64,000 bases of DNA, taken from assembly GCF_000281045.1 (NCBI RefSeq), contig NW_008246081.1, positions 610,204 through 674,203 of the forward strand. Direction: 5' to 3'. Position 1 is the stretch's first letter. Each line of letters begins with the position of its first letter. The notes beneath the pieces are model-generated. The model saw nothing but the letters and a program-made list of their open reading frames with translations. It had not been told where the DNA came from and searched no databases. The DNA comes from Saprolegnia diclina VS20. Lineage: Eukaryota. Below are positions 25,012-39,251 of the stretch, piece after piece. A program made the position numbers and the translations under genes.

Positions 25012-25228
25012 CGTCGTCGTCGTCGGTCGGGCTCTTGGCTGTCGAAATGGACGGCGTGTGCCCTCGCGATGCCATTGGACGATAATATTTTCGCGTAACC
25101 CAATCAAATCGCTGGAAAAAAAGAATTCGAAACTGCAGATTCGAGAGCTTCGAGAAAGGCGTGCTGACCGATTTCGCGAAGCTGCGGCAGGGCTGCTGCT
25201 GATCTATGGGCAAGACACGGACGTAGCT

Positions 25229-25243
25229 GCTCATTTTCCCAAT
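25229..25243 (+). promoter_or_regulatory. Oomycete Inr/FPR-like core promoter element
   Basis: GCTCATTTTCCCAAT lies immediately upstream of the ATG at 25248 and resembles the oomycete GCTCATTYYNCAWT core promoter consensus. Confidence 0.5.
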
Positions 25244-25247
25244 CCCA

Positions 25248-26129
25248 ATGTCCACCCCAAGCACATCTTCCGCGACAAGCCAGCTGGCCGCGATCGCCGG
25301 CCACATTGACCGCGCCACCGACATGGTGACCTCTCGTCTTGAGCACCAACGCTGCATTGCGGCCGCCACTCTGGCCGCTTCCAAATGGATCATGGCAACA
25401 CACAAGGGCGGTGACCACTTGGAGCGCGTAAAGCAGTGTAAGCAGCGACTCGGTCAGTACCGTGCACGGGTGCTCGCGCAGTCGGAGCGGCTCACGCAGC
25501 TGCTCATGGAGCTTGACACCATCGAGAGCAACGGCGACGCGGCCATTCGCGCCGAGCGCAAGCGCAGCGTGCACCGAATCCAAGGTCTTTTGAAAGCGGC
25601 CGACGAGCTTTTGGTCAAGAGCGAGCGCCTTCTGGCGCTTGCCAACACTGTGTTGCTCGAGGCGCCGACTGCAGCTCCCTTGGTATCCGAGCCTGTGCAG
25701 CACGACAACGAGGACCACAACATGAAGCGCCTCCTCGATACGTTGCCCTTGTGGACGCCCAACGCTCATTTTGTCAACGCAGGCGATAGCGTCGTGCTGC
25801 GTGTCGACCTCGCCGGTGTCCACGACGACTCGATTGACGTCTCGGTCACGCCCGAGGGTCTCTTGCAGATCGCTGGGTACAAGTTCCCGACACCGCGTGA
25901 CATTGCGTTCATGCACACGCACCGGTGGGCGTCGCGTCCGCGCTTTGGGAAGTTCGTCGTTACCCACGAGTGGCCGCGTCACGTCTTTGATGTGGCCAAC
26001 CTCAGCTTCCGCCAGCTGCCGACAGGTGTGCTCGAAGTCGTGGCCGCTCGCCTTTCAACCCCAGCCTCGTACACCGTCCAGAGTGCAGCCACTCTTCCCA
26101 TGGCCCGACTTGTCGCGGGCTTGGCCTAG
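25248..26129 (+). CDS. BAG domain + HSP20/alpha-crystallin domain fusion protein
   Basis: One intronless ORF. BAG: 'SERLTQLLMELDTIESNGDAAIRAERKRSVHRIQGLL'. ACD: 'VVLRVDLAGVHDDSIDVSV...FGKFVVTHEWP...GVLEVV'. Confidence 0.8.
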   Translation: MSTPSTSSATSQLAAIAGHIDRATDMVTSRLEHQRCIAAATLAASKWIMATHKGGDHLERVKQCKQRLGQYRARVLAQSERLTQLLMELDTIESNGDAAIRAERKRSVHRIQGLLKAADELLVKSERLLALANTVLLEAPTAAPLVSEPVQHDNEDHNMKRLLDTLPLWTPNAHFVNAGDSVVLRVDLAGVHDDSIDVSVTPEGLLQIAGYKFPTPRDIAFMHTHRWASRPRFGKFVVTHEWPRHVFDVANLSFRQLPTGVLEVVAARLSTPASYTVQSAATLPMARLVAGLA

Positions 26130-26283
26130 CTCTAAACCCCGCGATTCCAATGTGCATATTTATCCTATGGCCAACCGCCCAACTACATAATTTGTGTTTC
26201 AAACAAAATCTACACTTTATCGAAACTACACGACTCAGTAAAGAGGATGCAAACAGTACATTACGTCAACTTTGCAAGTCGAG

Positions 26284-30012
<3,729 letters not shown>

Positions 30013-30521
30013 CTTGCGGTCGCAAACCAAATTCGGCCGAGATAAGGCCACGCGGGATGCTGATTGGCCGCCTGGTTGATGTCCGGATACGCTGTCTAGT
30101 CGACAGAAGAAGATTAGAAATCGCAGTTTGGCGCCATCTCGCCTTTGTCGTTCGTGCGAGCGCCTGCCCAAGCGCGTCGCAAGGTCCTTACTCACCATGG
30201 CTTGCGGTGAATGAAGGCAGCGCTGCTCGCTTGCAGAGAGGGCTTCGCAAGTCCACTGGACGCGTCCAGCCGTTGGTGTACACAGAACGTACGCAATGGC
30301 TTGCTCGTCTGGACAAAGCAGCAGACTAGGAAGCTCAAGCTTATAGTATTGAGTGTGTTGTTGCATCTCACCGCCTTGTTGGCTGCCCAGAGCACAAGCC
30401 GGACTTGCTTCAGCAAGCAGGTATTCAAACAAAGAGTACCTCTATAAATGCATACCTGTTTGAAATGCATATTGCAGTATCCTCTCAGACTTGTTGACAA
30501 GCATTGGCCAACATCAGCATC

Positions 30522-31687
30522 ATGAGCGACTCGGAAGACTACGACGACTACTTTAACGCTGCCTTGTTCCTCAACGAAAAGCACGCGTTTTGTCCGACTG
30601 GTCTATACTAACAGAATGATAGCTACACCAACACGGAGTATGTCTTCAACGACGGCATCGCGCAAAATCTCCTGAGCTCCAAGGCCGCGTCGGTGCGACC
30701 GACGATCACTCCGACACTCGCTACATATTGTATGCACGTAGACCGACCACGATCTCACGGGTCAAGTTGTGTGGCCTGTCTCGATTCTCCTCTCCTGGTA
30801 CAATGGCCTTGCAGCGCGATCTCGTTGTCGAAACAGCGCACTAGGTTTGTGGCGGCCAACAACGAGCTTTTCCGCGGCAAGAACGTACTTGAAGTGGGCG
30901 CTGGCGCTGGCCTCGCGGGCTTTGTAGCGTCTCAATTTGCGTACGTTGATCTCTGTCCAAGTGCATGTCGCTCATGGGATCCTAGCGCGCACACGGCCAT
31001 TACGGACGGCAACGACGTTGTCCTCCGGCTCCTCACGCGCAACGTCGAGCACACGCAGGCGGTACTACGTCGCCCGTACATAGGTAATGACCAATACCTG
31101 TGCATCTGTGTAGAACTGCAGCATCCACAAGCTGTTGTGGGGCGAAGAAGACAGCGTTGTCGCCTTCACGCAGGCTTTTGCCCACCCGATTGACATTGTC
31201 TTGGGCGCCGACGTGGTGTGCTGGCCCAACCTCGTGCTGCCGCTGCTCCGTACCATCAAGGTACACCGATCGATACCTCTTGTCTCGGCTCGCATTCCTC
31301 ATTTTGAACGTAGTACCTGATGCACCAGACGCCCGACATGTTTGCGACCGTCTTTTACTGCGGGTTTGTCTGCCGCGCCACGAGCACGCGCGTACGTCTC
31401 GCTGCAAAATCAAAGGTCGAAATAGCATGTACTAGGACTTGCTCTTCGCCCAAGCCAAGGAGATGGGGTTTCGCCTCTGGACGGTCGACCACGACACATT
31501 TTTGCCCACGCCGCGGCCCGAGAACGTCCTCTCCGTGTACGCTAGCATTGTGTTCATATCGGCATATTTAGTTGCATCTAGGAAGGAGCTCTTCTTGCTC
31601 GGGTTTCGCCTCGACACGACGTCGCCCGCGGCGACAGAGCCCGTGGCGTTTCTCGACGACTTGGAAAACCTCCAAACCGCATGCTAG
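30522..31687 (+). CDS. METTL21/Methyltransf_16-family protein lysine methyltransferase (multi-exon)
   Basis: 'DLTGQVVWP', 'GKNVLEVGAGAGLAG', 'ITDGNDVVLRLLTRN', 'LLWG', 'DIVLGADVV'. Confidence 0.85.
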
Positions 31688-31714
31688 TCGTAGTCTTTAT
31701 AGAATCGACGACGT

Positions 31715-32651
31715 TTACACCACTTGGTGCGCCAAGAGCGACGTGGTCTCGTCGTCGGTGGCGAGGGCATCGATGTACGACCGGACGCGATAGCTCACAA
31801 AGATGACAAGCCCAACGCTGGCGGCGGCGGCCACGAGCACGAGCGTCGTTTGCGCCGCGTGCGACTCGGGCGAGTGCACTTGGGGATCGGCAATGAGAAT
31901 CGCCGACATCTTGGTCGTCGAGTGGCCGAGGAGGACGCTGAGGTAGGATTCGGCGCCGCCAATGAGAAGCGTCGAGAGCGCAAAGGTCCAAAACGACACG
32001 TTGAGAATGCTCAGCCCGTAGTTTTTGAGTGCAATCGGAAGGTACGCGAGCTGGATGAGCACGGCGAATTGGATTTCGTGGTGCTCGATAAGGAGTGCCT
32101 ACAACAGCATCGAACAACTCGGTGGAATTTGCAGCACAATCACTAAGTACCCAAGCGCGAAACATGGGTCGACCGCCATCGAGGTGGGCGCGGACGCGGT
32201 CTTGGATGAGGTAGCGCCCGATACCAAAGGCCGTGATCGAGCCAAGGAACTTGCCAGCGATCGCGACCACGGCGCCCCAGCCGACGCCAAACGTGTAGCC
32301 AGCAAACAAATCAAAGATCGTCGACGGGCAGCTAGAGGCACATTAGCGCTCCAACAGCGATGACCGCTGCTGTACCAAATGACGATGCAAAGTGCATAGA
32401 CGAGCGTAAAGGCAAACCGACCGAGGGCTTCGTGCGTCTACACAGAGAGCGGCGATAGGCGAACACTGCGTCAAGGAGCGCTGTACCTGGAGCCAACTGG
32501 CCGTGTCATGCCACGACGCCCGCGGCAGGGTGCAGTAGATGATGATGGCGACGACGAGGCCGAGGAAGCCTAGGGTGATGACGACGACCGTGCGCGTCTT
32601 GCGCGCCGGCGCGGGCTCTGCGTGGAGGGTTGGCTCGCAGCCTGCTTGCAT
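31715..32651 (-). CDS. VTT/DedA (TVP38/TMEM64, SNARE-associated) membrane protein (multi-exon)
   Basis: 'FAGYTFGVGWGAVVAIAGKFLGSITAFGIGRYLI' and 'LIQLAYLPIALKNYGLSILNVSFWTFALSTL'. Confidence 0.85.
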
Positions 32652-33037
32652 GCTCGTGGCTGTGGGTCGTAGAGGTGTGTCACGACGCTGACCAGCTTTA
32701 ACCCACAGGCCAATCAGACGCGAGAAAAAGTGGCCAATCAAACGCCGGTGCGTTTCATGACGTCACGTCAGCCCAATCGGCAATCGGCGGTCGCGGCAAG
32801 GGCGCTGCCACGTCACGACTCTACAAGTCATGCCCGAAACCTGCGCTCGCGTTGCACGGGTAGCGAAAGTGTGCATGTACAATTTGTAGTAGATGATGTA
32901 CGGTGTTTAGGGTTATAGCGTCAGCCACGTAACTAGTTGTTTGTCCAGCGAAGACCGCCATACGAAACAACGTAACGACGAGTTGTGCGTTTTGGTGCCA
33001 ACATTCACTTTACGACACTCGACACGGAAAGGCGCCG

Positions 33038-34885
33038 ATGGACAAGTCACACCTCGGTGACCTCTGGCTCATTGCTGCCGCGCGCCACCCGATCCTGTGG
33101 CTCGCGGTGCTCAAGCACATCCTGTCGATCGTCTTCCTCGTCGCCTGCACGGCCATCATGCTCAAAGCCACGCCCAGCGAAGAGATCCTCGCCGGTATAT
33201 ACATGGCCAAGTCGGCGAGCCCGCTCGTCTTTGGCACATTTGCACTTCTTAATGCACTCGCGCTCGCCGCGATGCTCCAGCCTCGCAAGTCGGCCAAAGT
33301 CGCGGGGCCAACGATCGCCCACCTGCGCCGGTCGCGTACCCGCCGCTTCTTTTCCCACGACGTGACGCTCATGGCCTTTCAAACGATCGAGACAACGATC
33401 CAAGTGCTCCAGGCGTACCGTCTCAGCCTCTACTGCGTCGACATTTCCATTGCGACAGCGTATGCGCTCGTCATAAGCGTCGCCTGCCTCGGGATCCCGT
33501 GGCTCTTTTTCTCGACCCACAGCTTTGTGAAAACGACGTTGGTCCTCTTCTTCAACAGCTTTGTGAGCTTTGTCTTGACAATCGGGTTCGCACTGACTCG
33601 GTTCCTGCCGCCGCTGCTCACTGCGCACTTCCACGACAAACGCACCGAGTACTCGCTTCTCTGGATGACGCGGTATTTGTCACTGACGCGCTTTATGTTT
33701 CCCATCTCGGCCATGGAGCTCGTCGCCAAGTCGATTCTATTGGCGTCAAGCCTCGTCAACTTGCGCCGACTTGTCGCTCACGTCCGTCGTACAACGGCAT
33801 TGCGCAGGGGCTCCGTCATGTCGTTATCTGGTCTCTCGATGCGCAAAACCTCGTTCGTCGCCCTCGTTCAAGTCAAGCGGACGCTCCGCTTTCGCCGGCA
33901 ACGCGCGCAGCAAGTGTTTTTTGTCGCGCAGCAGCTCGTGGGCGCAGCGATTTTGAGCAATGTCCTGTACATTCACGCTGTGCGGCCTCGCTGCCCGCAC
34001 GGCTGCGCCCTCGAGACAGCGCCATGGTTTCAAGCCCAGTGCACCTGCCGGTACCTCGTGATCAACTGCAAGGACGGCCATAACCACGAAGCCTCGTCCC
34101 TCCTCTCGACACGCACGTGGGGCGCCGACCTCTTTATGCTGCACTTTGTCCAGTGCCCACTGCCAAACGGTATTGACGTGGGTACGTTGGCGCCGTTTCC
34201 GTCACTTTTTGGCCTTGTGCTTGAGAGCTCCCACCTCACAAATTGGTTGTTTAACGGGTCGTTCTGGCCAGCATCGCTCTTGCTGCTCGAGTCGCGCTAC
34301 TCGAATCTGTCGCTCGTTCCAGAGGTATTTTATACTCTGCCGCCGCGACTGCAAGTGTTGACGCTGCGCGGGAATCACGTGCGCCACCTCCCCGAGACTC
34401 TAGTATCCCATTGGCAGTCAGTGTCGATGTTGCTCTTGTCCGAGACGTACCTCTCGAGTGTGCCAGAGTCCTTTTTGCAGCTAGACCGCTTGGAGCGACT
34501 CGACTTGGGCTCGAATCGATTTACGACTATCCCAACAGCATGGGCGACCGCACTGCCGGCGTTAACCCGCCTCGAGATGGCCAACAACAACATTACCGAG
34601 TTCCCGACCAACCTGCTGCAGTCCAAGCCCGAGATGCTTGTCGATCTGAGCAACACGCACATCGACAGCGTACCACCGAGTTTGCAAGCCGACGTAGCGT
34701 CGCGCCGAGTGCTTCTCGATGGTACACCGTACTGCGCGTCGACAAGCGCTGCAGGTTGCGCCAGCGTCTGCGCTACCACATGCTCCACTTTGCAGTGGGG
34801 CGACAATGTGTGTCATGTTGGCTGCAACGAACCAAGCGCGTGCGGTGGCGACGGTGGCGACTGTAGTGCTCTTGTATCGACCTAG
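33038..34885 (+). CDS. Multi-TM protein with LRR region and C-terminal LNR (Lin-12/Notch) repeat
   Basis: Intronless, 615 aa. Several N-terminal TM helices, a Cys-rich cap 'CPHGCALETAPWFQAQCTC', LxxLxLxxN repeats, and 'CATTCSTLQWGDNVCHVGCNEPSACGGDGGDC'. Confidence 0.75.
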   Translation: MDKSHLGDLWLIAAARHPILWLAVLKHILSIVFLVACTAIMLKATPSEEILAGIYMAKSASPLVFGTFALLNALALAAMLQPRKSAKVAGPTIAHLRRSRTRRFFSHDVTLMAFQTIETTIQVLQAYRLSLYCVDISIATAYALVISVACLGIPWLFFSTHSFVKTTLVLFFNSFVSFVLTIGFALTRFLPPLLTAHFHDKRTEYSLLWMTRYLSLTRFMFPISAMELVAKSILLASSLVNLRRLVAHVRRTTALRRGSVMSLSGLSMRKTSFVALVQVKRTLRFRRQRAQQVFFVAQQLVGAAILSNVLYIHAVRPRCPHGCALETAPWFQAQCTCRYLVINCKDGHNHEASSLLSTRTWGADLFMLHFVQCPLPNGIDVGTLAPFPSLFGLVLESSHLTNWLFNGSFWPASLLLLESRYSNLSLVPEVFYTLPPRLQVLTLRGNHVRHLPETLVSHWQSVSMLLLSETYLSSVPESFLQLDRLERLDLGSNRFTTIPTAWATALPALTRLEMANNNITEFPTNLLQSKPEMLVDLSNTHIDSVPPSLQADVASRRVLLDGTPYCASTSAAGCASVCATTCSTLQWGDNVCHVGCNEPSACGGDGGDCSALVST

Positions 34886-35298
34886 TCGTTTCTATACAGT
34901 CGGTATTCCTCCTTGATGACTTGAGGTACTTCCAACACCCTTCCGTGACTCGATACAAACACTGCAGTGACATCGCGCAAGATACCAAATGAGGAATCTA
35001 AACGACGTGTCTCATAGTTAGTATGTACTGCAGTCGGTAGCAGTGAGCCAGCCATGGCAGGGAGAGCAGCTGCCGTGAGCCCGCTATACTTCTAGTGCAG
35101 GTCATGGCTTTTCCGGCGCACCATTTTGCGATGCCTGTCGCTCGCAACCTTATGCTCACGATGATCATGCCCGCGCGAGTCAATCTCAAAACCATTGAGT
35201 TGAGTCGACGACATACAACACAGTCCTCACGGCCACCGATGAAGAGCACTCTATTGAAATGTATGGACCGAGAGGCGATAGATAAAGAAAGGGCGTCG

Positions 35299-36789
35299 TT
35301 ATAGCGCGTACACCCTTTGCTGATTGGTCGTCGTCGGTGCCTGGGCGCGGGCCTCTTGGCGCTGTCGCAGGCGCTCGGCCATGATGGCTTTCGCCAGAAT
35401 CTTCTTAGCCTCGGCGTCGTCGACAGCGTTCTCGCCGTACGAGATTTGGTTCAAGTGCGGGCACCCGAGGCGGCCGATCGACGTGCCGAGGAGCTGGATG
35501 CCGTGGCCCGTGAGGTAGTTCATTTCGAGGCCGAGGAAGCGCAGTTCGCGCATCTTTCGGCTCTCAATCGCCCGCAGCAGATGCACAATGCTCGAGTCGG
35601 TGAGCGTGTTGCCGCCGAGGCACAGCTCCATGAGCCGGCCGGCGCACCCTGTCTCGATCGCGGCGCAGAGCTGGTGCACGCCGCGCTCGCCGATAAAGTT
35701 GCGCCGGAGATCCAGGTGCGTGAGGTTTGGACACACGCGGGAGGTGAGCAGCTCGGCGAGCTTGAAGACGCCATAGTCGCCAAAGCTGTTGCCGGGCAAG
35801 CAGAGCTCCTTGAGACGCGGGAGGACGCCGGTGGTGAGGCAGTTGAGGAGCACGTCGGCCTCGCCGTTGGCTTGTTCGTTTGTAAAGAGACACACAAGCG
35901 AGAGGCGGGACAGCGACGCAAACTGCCGCGTCGAGAGGAGCGTTGCGAGCAGCGACACGATCTGCTCGTGGTCGTCGTGCGTCACAACAAAGCGCTGCGG
36001 GCAGTTTTTAGCAAACATGGACCGGCGGCCAAAGGTTACGCCGGCCGCGAGCGAGTAAATCTCGAGTTCTTCGAGAGCTGTGCACTTTTCAAGTACGTGC
36101 CGGCCGTATAGAAGCGCGAGGCGACTCGCGTTGCAGCTCAAGTGGAGGCTGTAGACGTACTTGGGCGCTTGGACCGCGGCGCTTCGGCACACACCGCGGC
36201 AGCGCAGCGTGTCCTTCCCGCCCACAAAGCGCCAAATGATCTTGTTGATGTCTTCATGGCCGTCAAAGAGGAGGCAGCTCGAAGCCATCTGGTGATGGGT
36301 CGACGGCGGTACAAACGTCGCCGTGAACGGCCGCATCGGTTTCGACTCCTCGAGTTCGGCCTCGCGGCTCTCGGAGCGGCCACGCTTGCGGATACCGCGG
36401 TTGACAATCGCAGTCGTGAGCGCCTGGACGCGCCGCGGTAAGCTCTGCAAGTTGGCGTACTCGAGGAACGTGGCCGACTGGATGTACAGGTACGTCTCGA
36501 GCTTGCGCGCGAGGATCCAGACTGCGTTCTCGCCCTGCGGCGTACCCGGCGCGACGATGCCAGCGCCATTCGTTGCGGCGAGGAGCGATGCAATCTTGTC
36601 CATGACGGGCACGCGGCCAGGCAGGTCCGTCGGTTGCTGCCACGTGAGCGGCCGCGGCAAGGTCGCGCGGAAGAGCGCATTGTTGGGCTGGACCCTCCGC
36701 GCCGCCGGCTGGATCTGGGGCATCGTGGCGCGGCCTATCCTGCCATCGGCCGGCGCTCCATGGAGGTAGTAGTTTGGCTGGTCGTTCAT
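35299..36789 (-). CDS. KIX-like domain + F-box-like motif + RNI-type LRR protein
   Basis: KIX-like 'WQQPTDLPGRVPVMDKIASLL...LARKLETYLYIQSATFLEYANLQSLPRRVQ'. F-box-like 'HEDINKIIWRFVGGKDTLRCRGVCRS'. RI-LRRs 'LTHLDLRRNFIGERGV' and 'LMELCLGGNTLTD'. Confidence 0.7.
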   Translation of the reverse strand: MNDQPNYYLHGAPADGRIGRATMPQIQPAARRVQPNNALFRATLPRPLTWQQPTDLPGRVPVMDKIASLLAATNGAGIVAPGTPQGENAVWILARKLETYLYIQSATFLEYANLQSLPRRVQALTTAIVNRGIRKRGRSESREAELEESKPMRPFTATFVPPSTHHQMASSCLLFDGHEDINKIIWRFVGGKDTLRCRGVCRSAAVQAPKYVYSLHLSCNASRLALLYGRHVLEKCTALEELEIYSLAAGVTFGRRSMFAKNCPQRFVVTHDDHEQIVSLLATLLSTRQFASLSRLSLVCLFTNEQANGEADVLLNCLTTGVLPRLKELCLPGNSFGDYGVFKLAELLTSRVCPNLTHLDLRRNFIGERGVHQLCAAIETGCAGRLMELCLGGNTLTDSSIVHLLRAIESRKMRELRFLGLEMNYLTGHGIQLLGTSIGRLGCPHLNQISYGENAVDDAEAKKILAKAIMAERLRQRQEARAQAPTTTNQQRVYAL

Positions 36790-37638
36790 GCTGCCCGACT
36801 GGTGGACAACCCAAATGCGACTCGCCGCTCCTGCTCGCGAGCAAAGAAACACGGCCGCGCGTGTCTTTGTACAGCATACAAACCTGCAAATGGTTTGCAA
36901 CCTCTCACACCTGATATATCGAGGACGCCGAATTCGGAAACAGAAACCGCGTGGCATGAGGTGATCGCGCCACAGGTATAGCACATCCCCTGCCACTTGC
37001 AGTGCACATTCTTGGGTGACGGCGAACCATAGAGTCGCGACGTTGTCCCTTCGTTTCATTCTCCGCAAAGTACATTCGAGCGCCGCTTCATTGCATTTCA
37101 AATATAAAGTATCGCAAGTTTACTTTTCTATACGCAAGAGGCCAGCGGAGGCTTCACGTGGTCAGCACCAGCAGGCGAGGAAGCAACGTCCTTCTCAGCT
37201 CGCAGAATGTAGAAGATGTCCTTTCAGTCCGTGGACTGGACGCCTCAACGACCGAGGATACCAGGTAAGGTTGCTGCGCACCAAGCGCCTTCTTCGCTAG
37301 TAACGTGCCATCTCGCAACCTCCATTTTACGGAGAAGGGCGAAGAAGGCGCGAGCCAGGATTACTACCTCGCTGCATGGACCATGCGAGCGCCTCGACGC
37401 GACTGGCCTCGACTGCGATGGCGACGCCTTGTGATCACTGTTTGCATAATGATGACATGAGTCACAGAGGCAGATGCTGCGAGGTACGGCAGCTGGCACG
37501 TCGTGCGACGCTGGCTATACCGCACAGCTCACAGCGCATGCCTCGCGCAATGCGCGACATCGCCTTGAAGAATCGTAAAGTAGCCAAGGACAAGTTGTCT
37601 TGTCCGTGAAGAGACACTAATGCGATCGCAGCGTCTTG

Positions 37639-38947
37639 CTATGGGATGTCGTCGAGCGCGGCGTCGTCCAAAATGACTTGCTGGATCACGTGATCGCCAA
37701 ACGGGATACGAACGACCGAGTCGCCGCGCAGCACTTGGATCAACCCGTGCTCTTCGAGCACCTTGCGCGTGTTGCGCATGGCCGCAGGCGTCGCGAGCAG
37801 TTGCTTGCAGCAGTGCGTCTCCCACTGCTTGTACGAGAGCTTCTGGCCCTTGAGCTGCTCGGTGCCGAGGTACCGTAGCATCGCAAGGTCGGACGGCGTG
37901 AGGCTCTCGAGGATGTACTGAATGCCGCTCACGGCGTGCTTGTCGTCCCGACCCATCGCGCCGCTCCAGCCGGTCACGAGGACCTCGCTCGTGTACGGCG
38001 CCATCGTGTTGACCGTGTGCTCGAGCCACCCAAACCGCTTGGCCTCAGACTCGTCCCAGAGCGACGCAGCGTTCACGTGGTCGACGCTTGCGACCAAGTG
38101 GATCTGCGAACACTGTGCGAGGAGGCTCCAAGCCTTTTGCGTGTCGCTCGAGCGCAGCGCCGACCCGTCGATCGAGTGCACCACGATGCAGATTTGCTTG
38201 GACCGGTGCAAGGCGAGGAGCCGTGCGAGCTCGACACACTAGGAATGAGAGCGGTAGTATGCATTCCTCGGCCAGTTCGTTGCAAAACCTGTTCTTCGAG
38301 AGATCGACCGCCAGAGATCTTCTTCTTGAAGAGCTACCACATGTGCAGTGAGGCAACGAGTAAGTGATGCGTCGCACCTTGTCAAAGAGGAAGGCGACGA
38401 CGAAGCGCATCGAGACCGACGGCAGGTACCCATGCACATGCATGACGTGCTCGTCTGCGCCAACGAGGCAGCCAAAGGCCTACGCGGATACTACAGCTGG
38501 GCTCGACAGTGCATACGTTGGCGGCCTACCTGAAGAAGCTGGACCTTGGAGCCAAAGCCCGTGAAGAGGAGGTTGAAGCCGGCCGCGAGCTGGTTACGCC
38601 ACGTTGGAAAATGCTGCGCTTCGTACTCGGCGAGGATCGCGGCCGACACGTCCTCGTCGTGGGTCTTGTCCCACTTGACGAGCTCGCGGTGCACTTCGGC
38701 GGCGCCGAGCAGCTGGAGGCCCGAGATCTTCTTGTCCTCTTTCGACCGCTTGCCTAGGATGGCGACGTGACGCCAACGCATGCTGCGCCATGACGGCCGT
38801 ACGGAACTTGCGCGACGAGAAGTAGTCCTTCGCCTGCTGGTTGCCCATGATGATGCACTTGTCGTCGTCGTCCAGCGCGCCGTCGTCATCGCTGAGGCCC
38901 CGCGGCGCCTCCTTGGTCGCAACACGCTTCGTGGATCGGGGTGGCAT
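37639..38947 (-). CDS. ORC2: Origin recognition complex subunit 2 (multi-exon)
   Basis: 'FPTWRNQLAAGFNLLFTGFGSKVQLL', 'IVVHSIDG', 'IHLVASVDHVNAASLWD', 'TMAPYTSE'. Confidence 0.92.
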
Positions 38948-39251
38948 CCTGGTCTGCGATTGGTCCAGCATTTTTCCTGAATGGTGTACAGTTGATTTTT
39001 GAATAGTGTTAGAATTGCCGCCTCGAGCCGACGTGCTTGCGTCGCGAATGAACAGTACTGTGGACAAGACGCGCACATACGATCACCTGTGCATTGTGTG
39101 CAAGGCACAGGTATACGATCGCGTGCTACTGGTATCGCCCTCGTTACATGCACCGTCTTGACAACAGTATATCATGCACATTAAATAGTGTGTTGGGAAA
39201 GCAACGACGACGCATGTCAGTTGTCAACAAGTGGATCACCGTAACGAAGAG

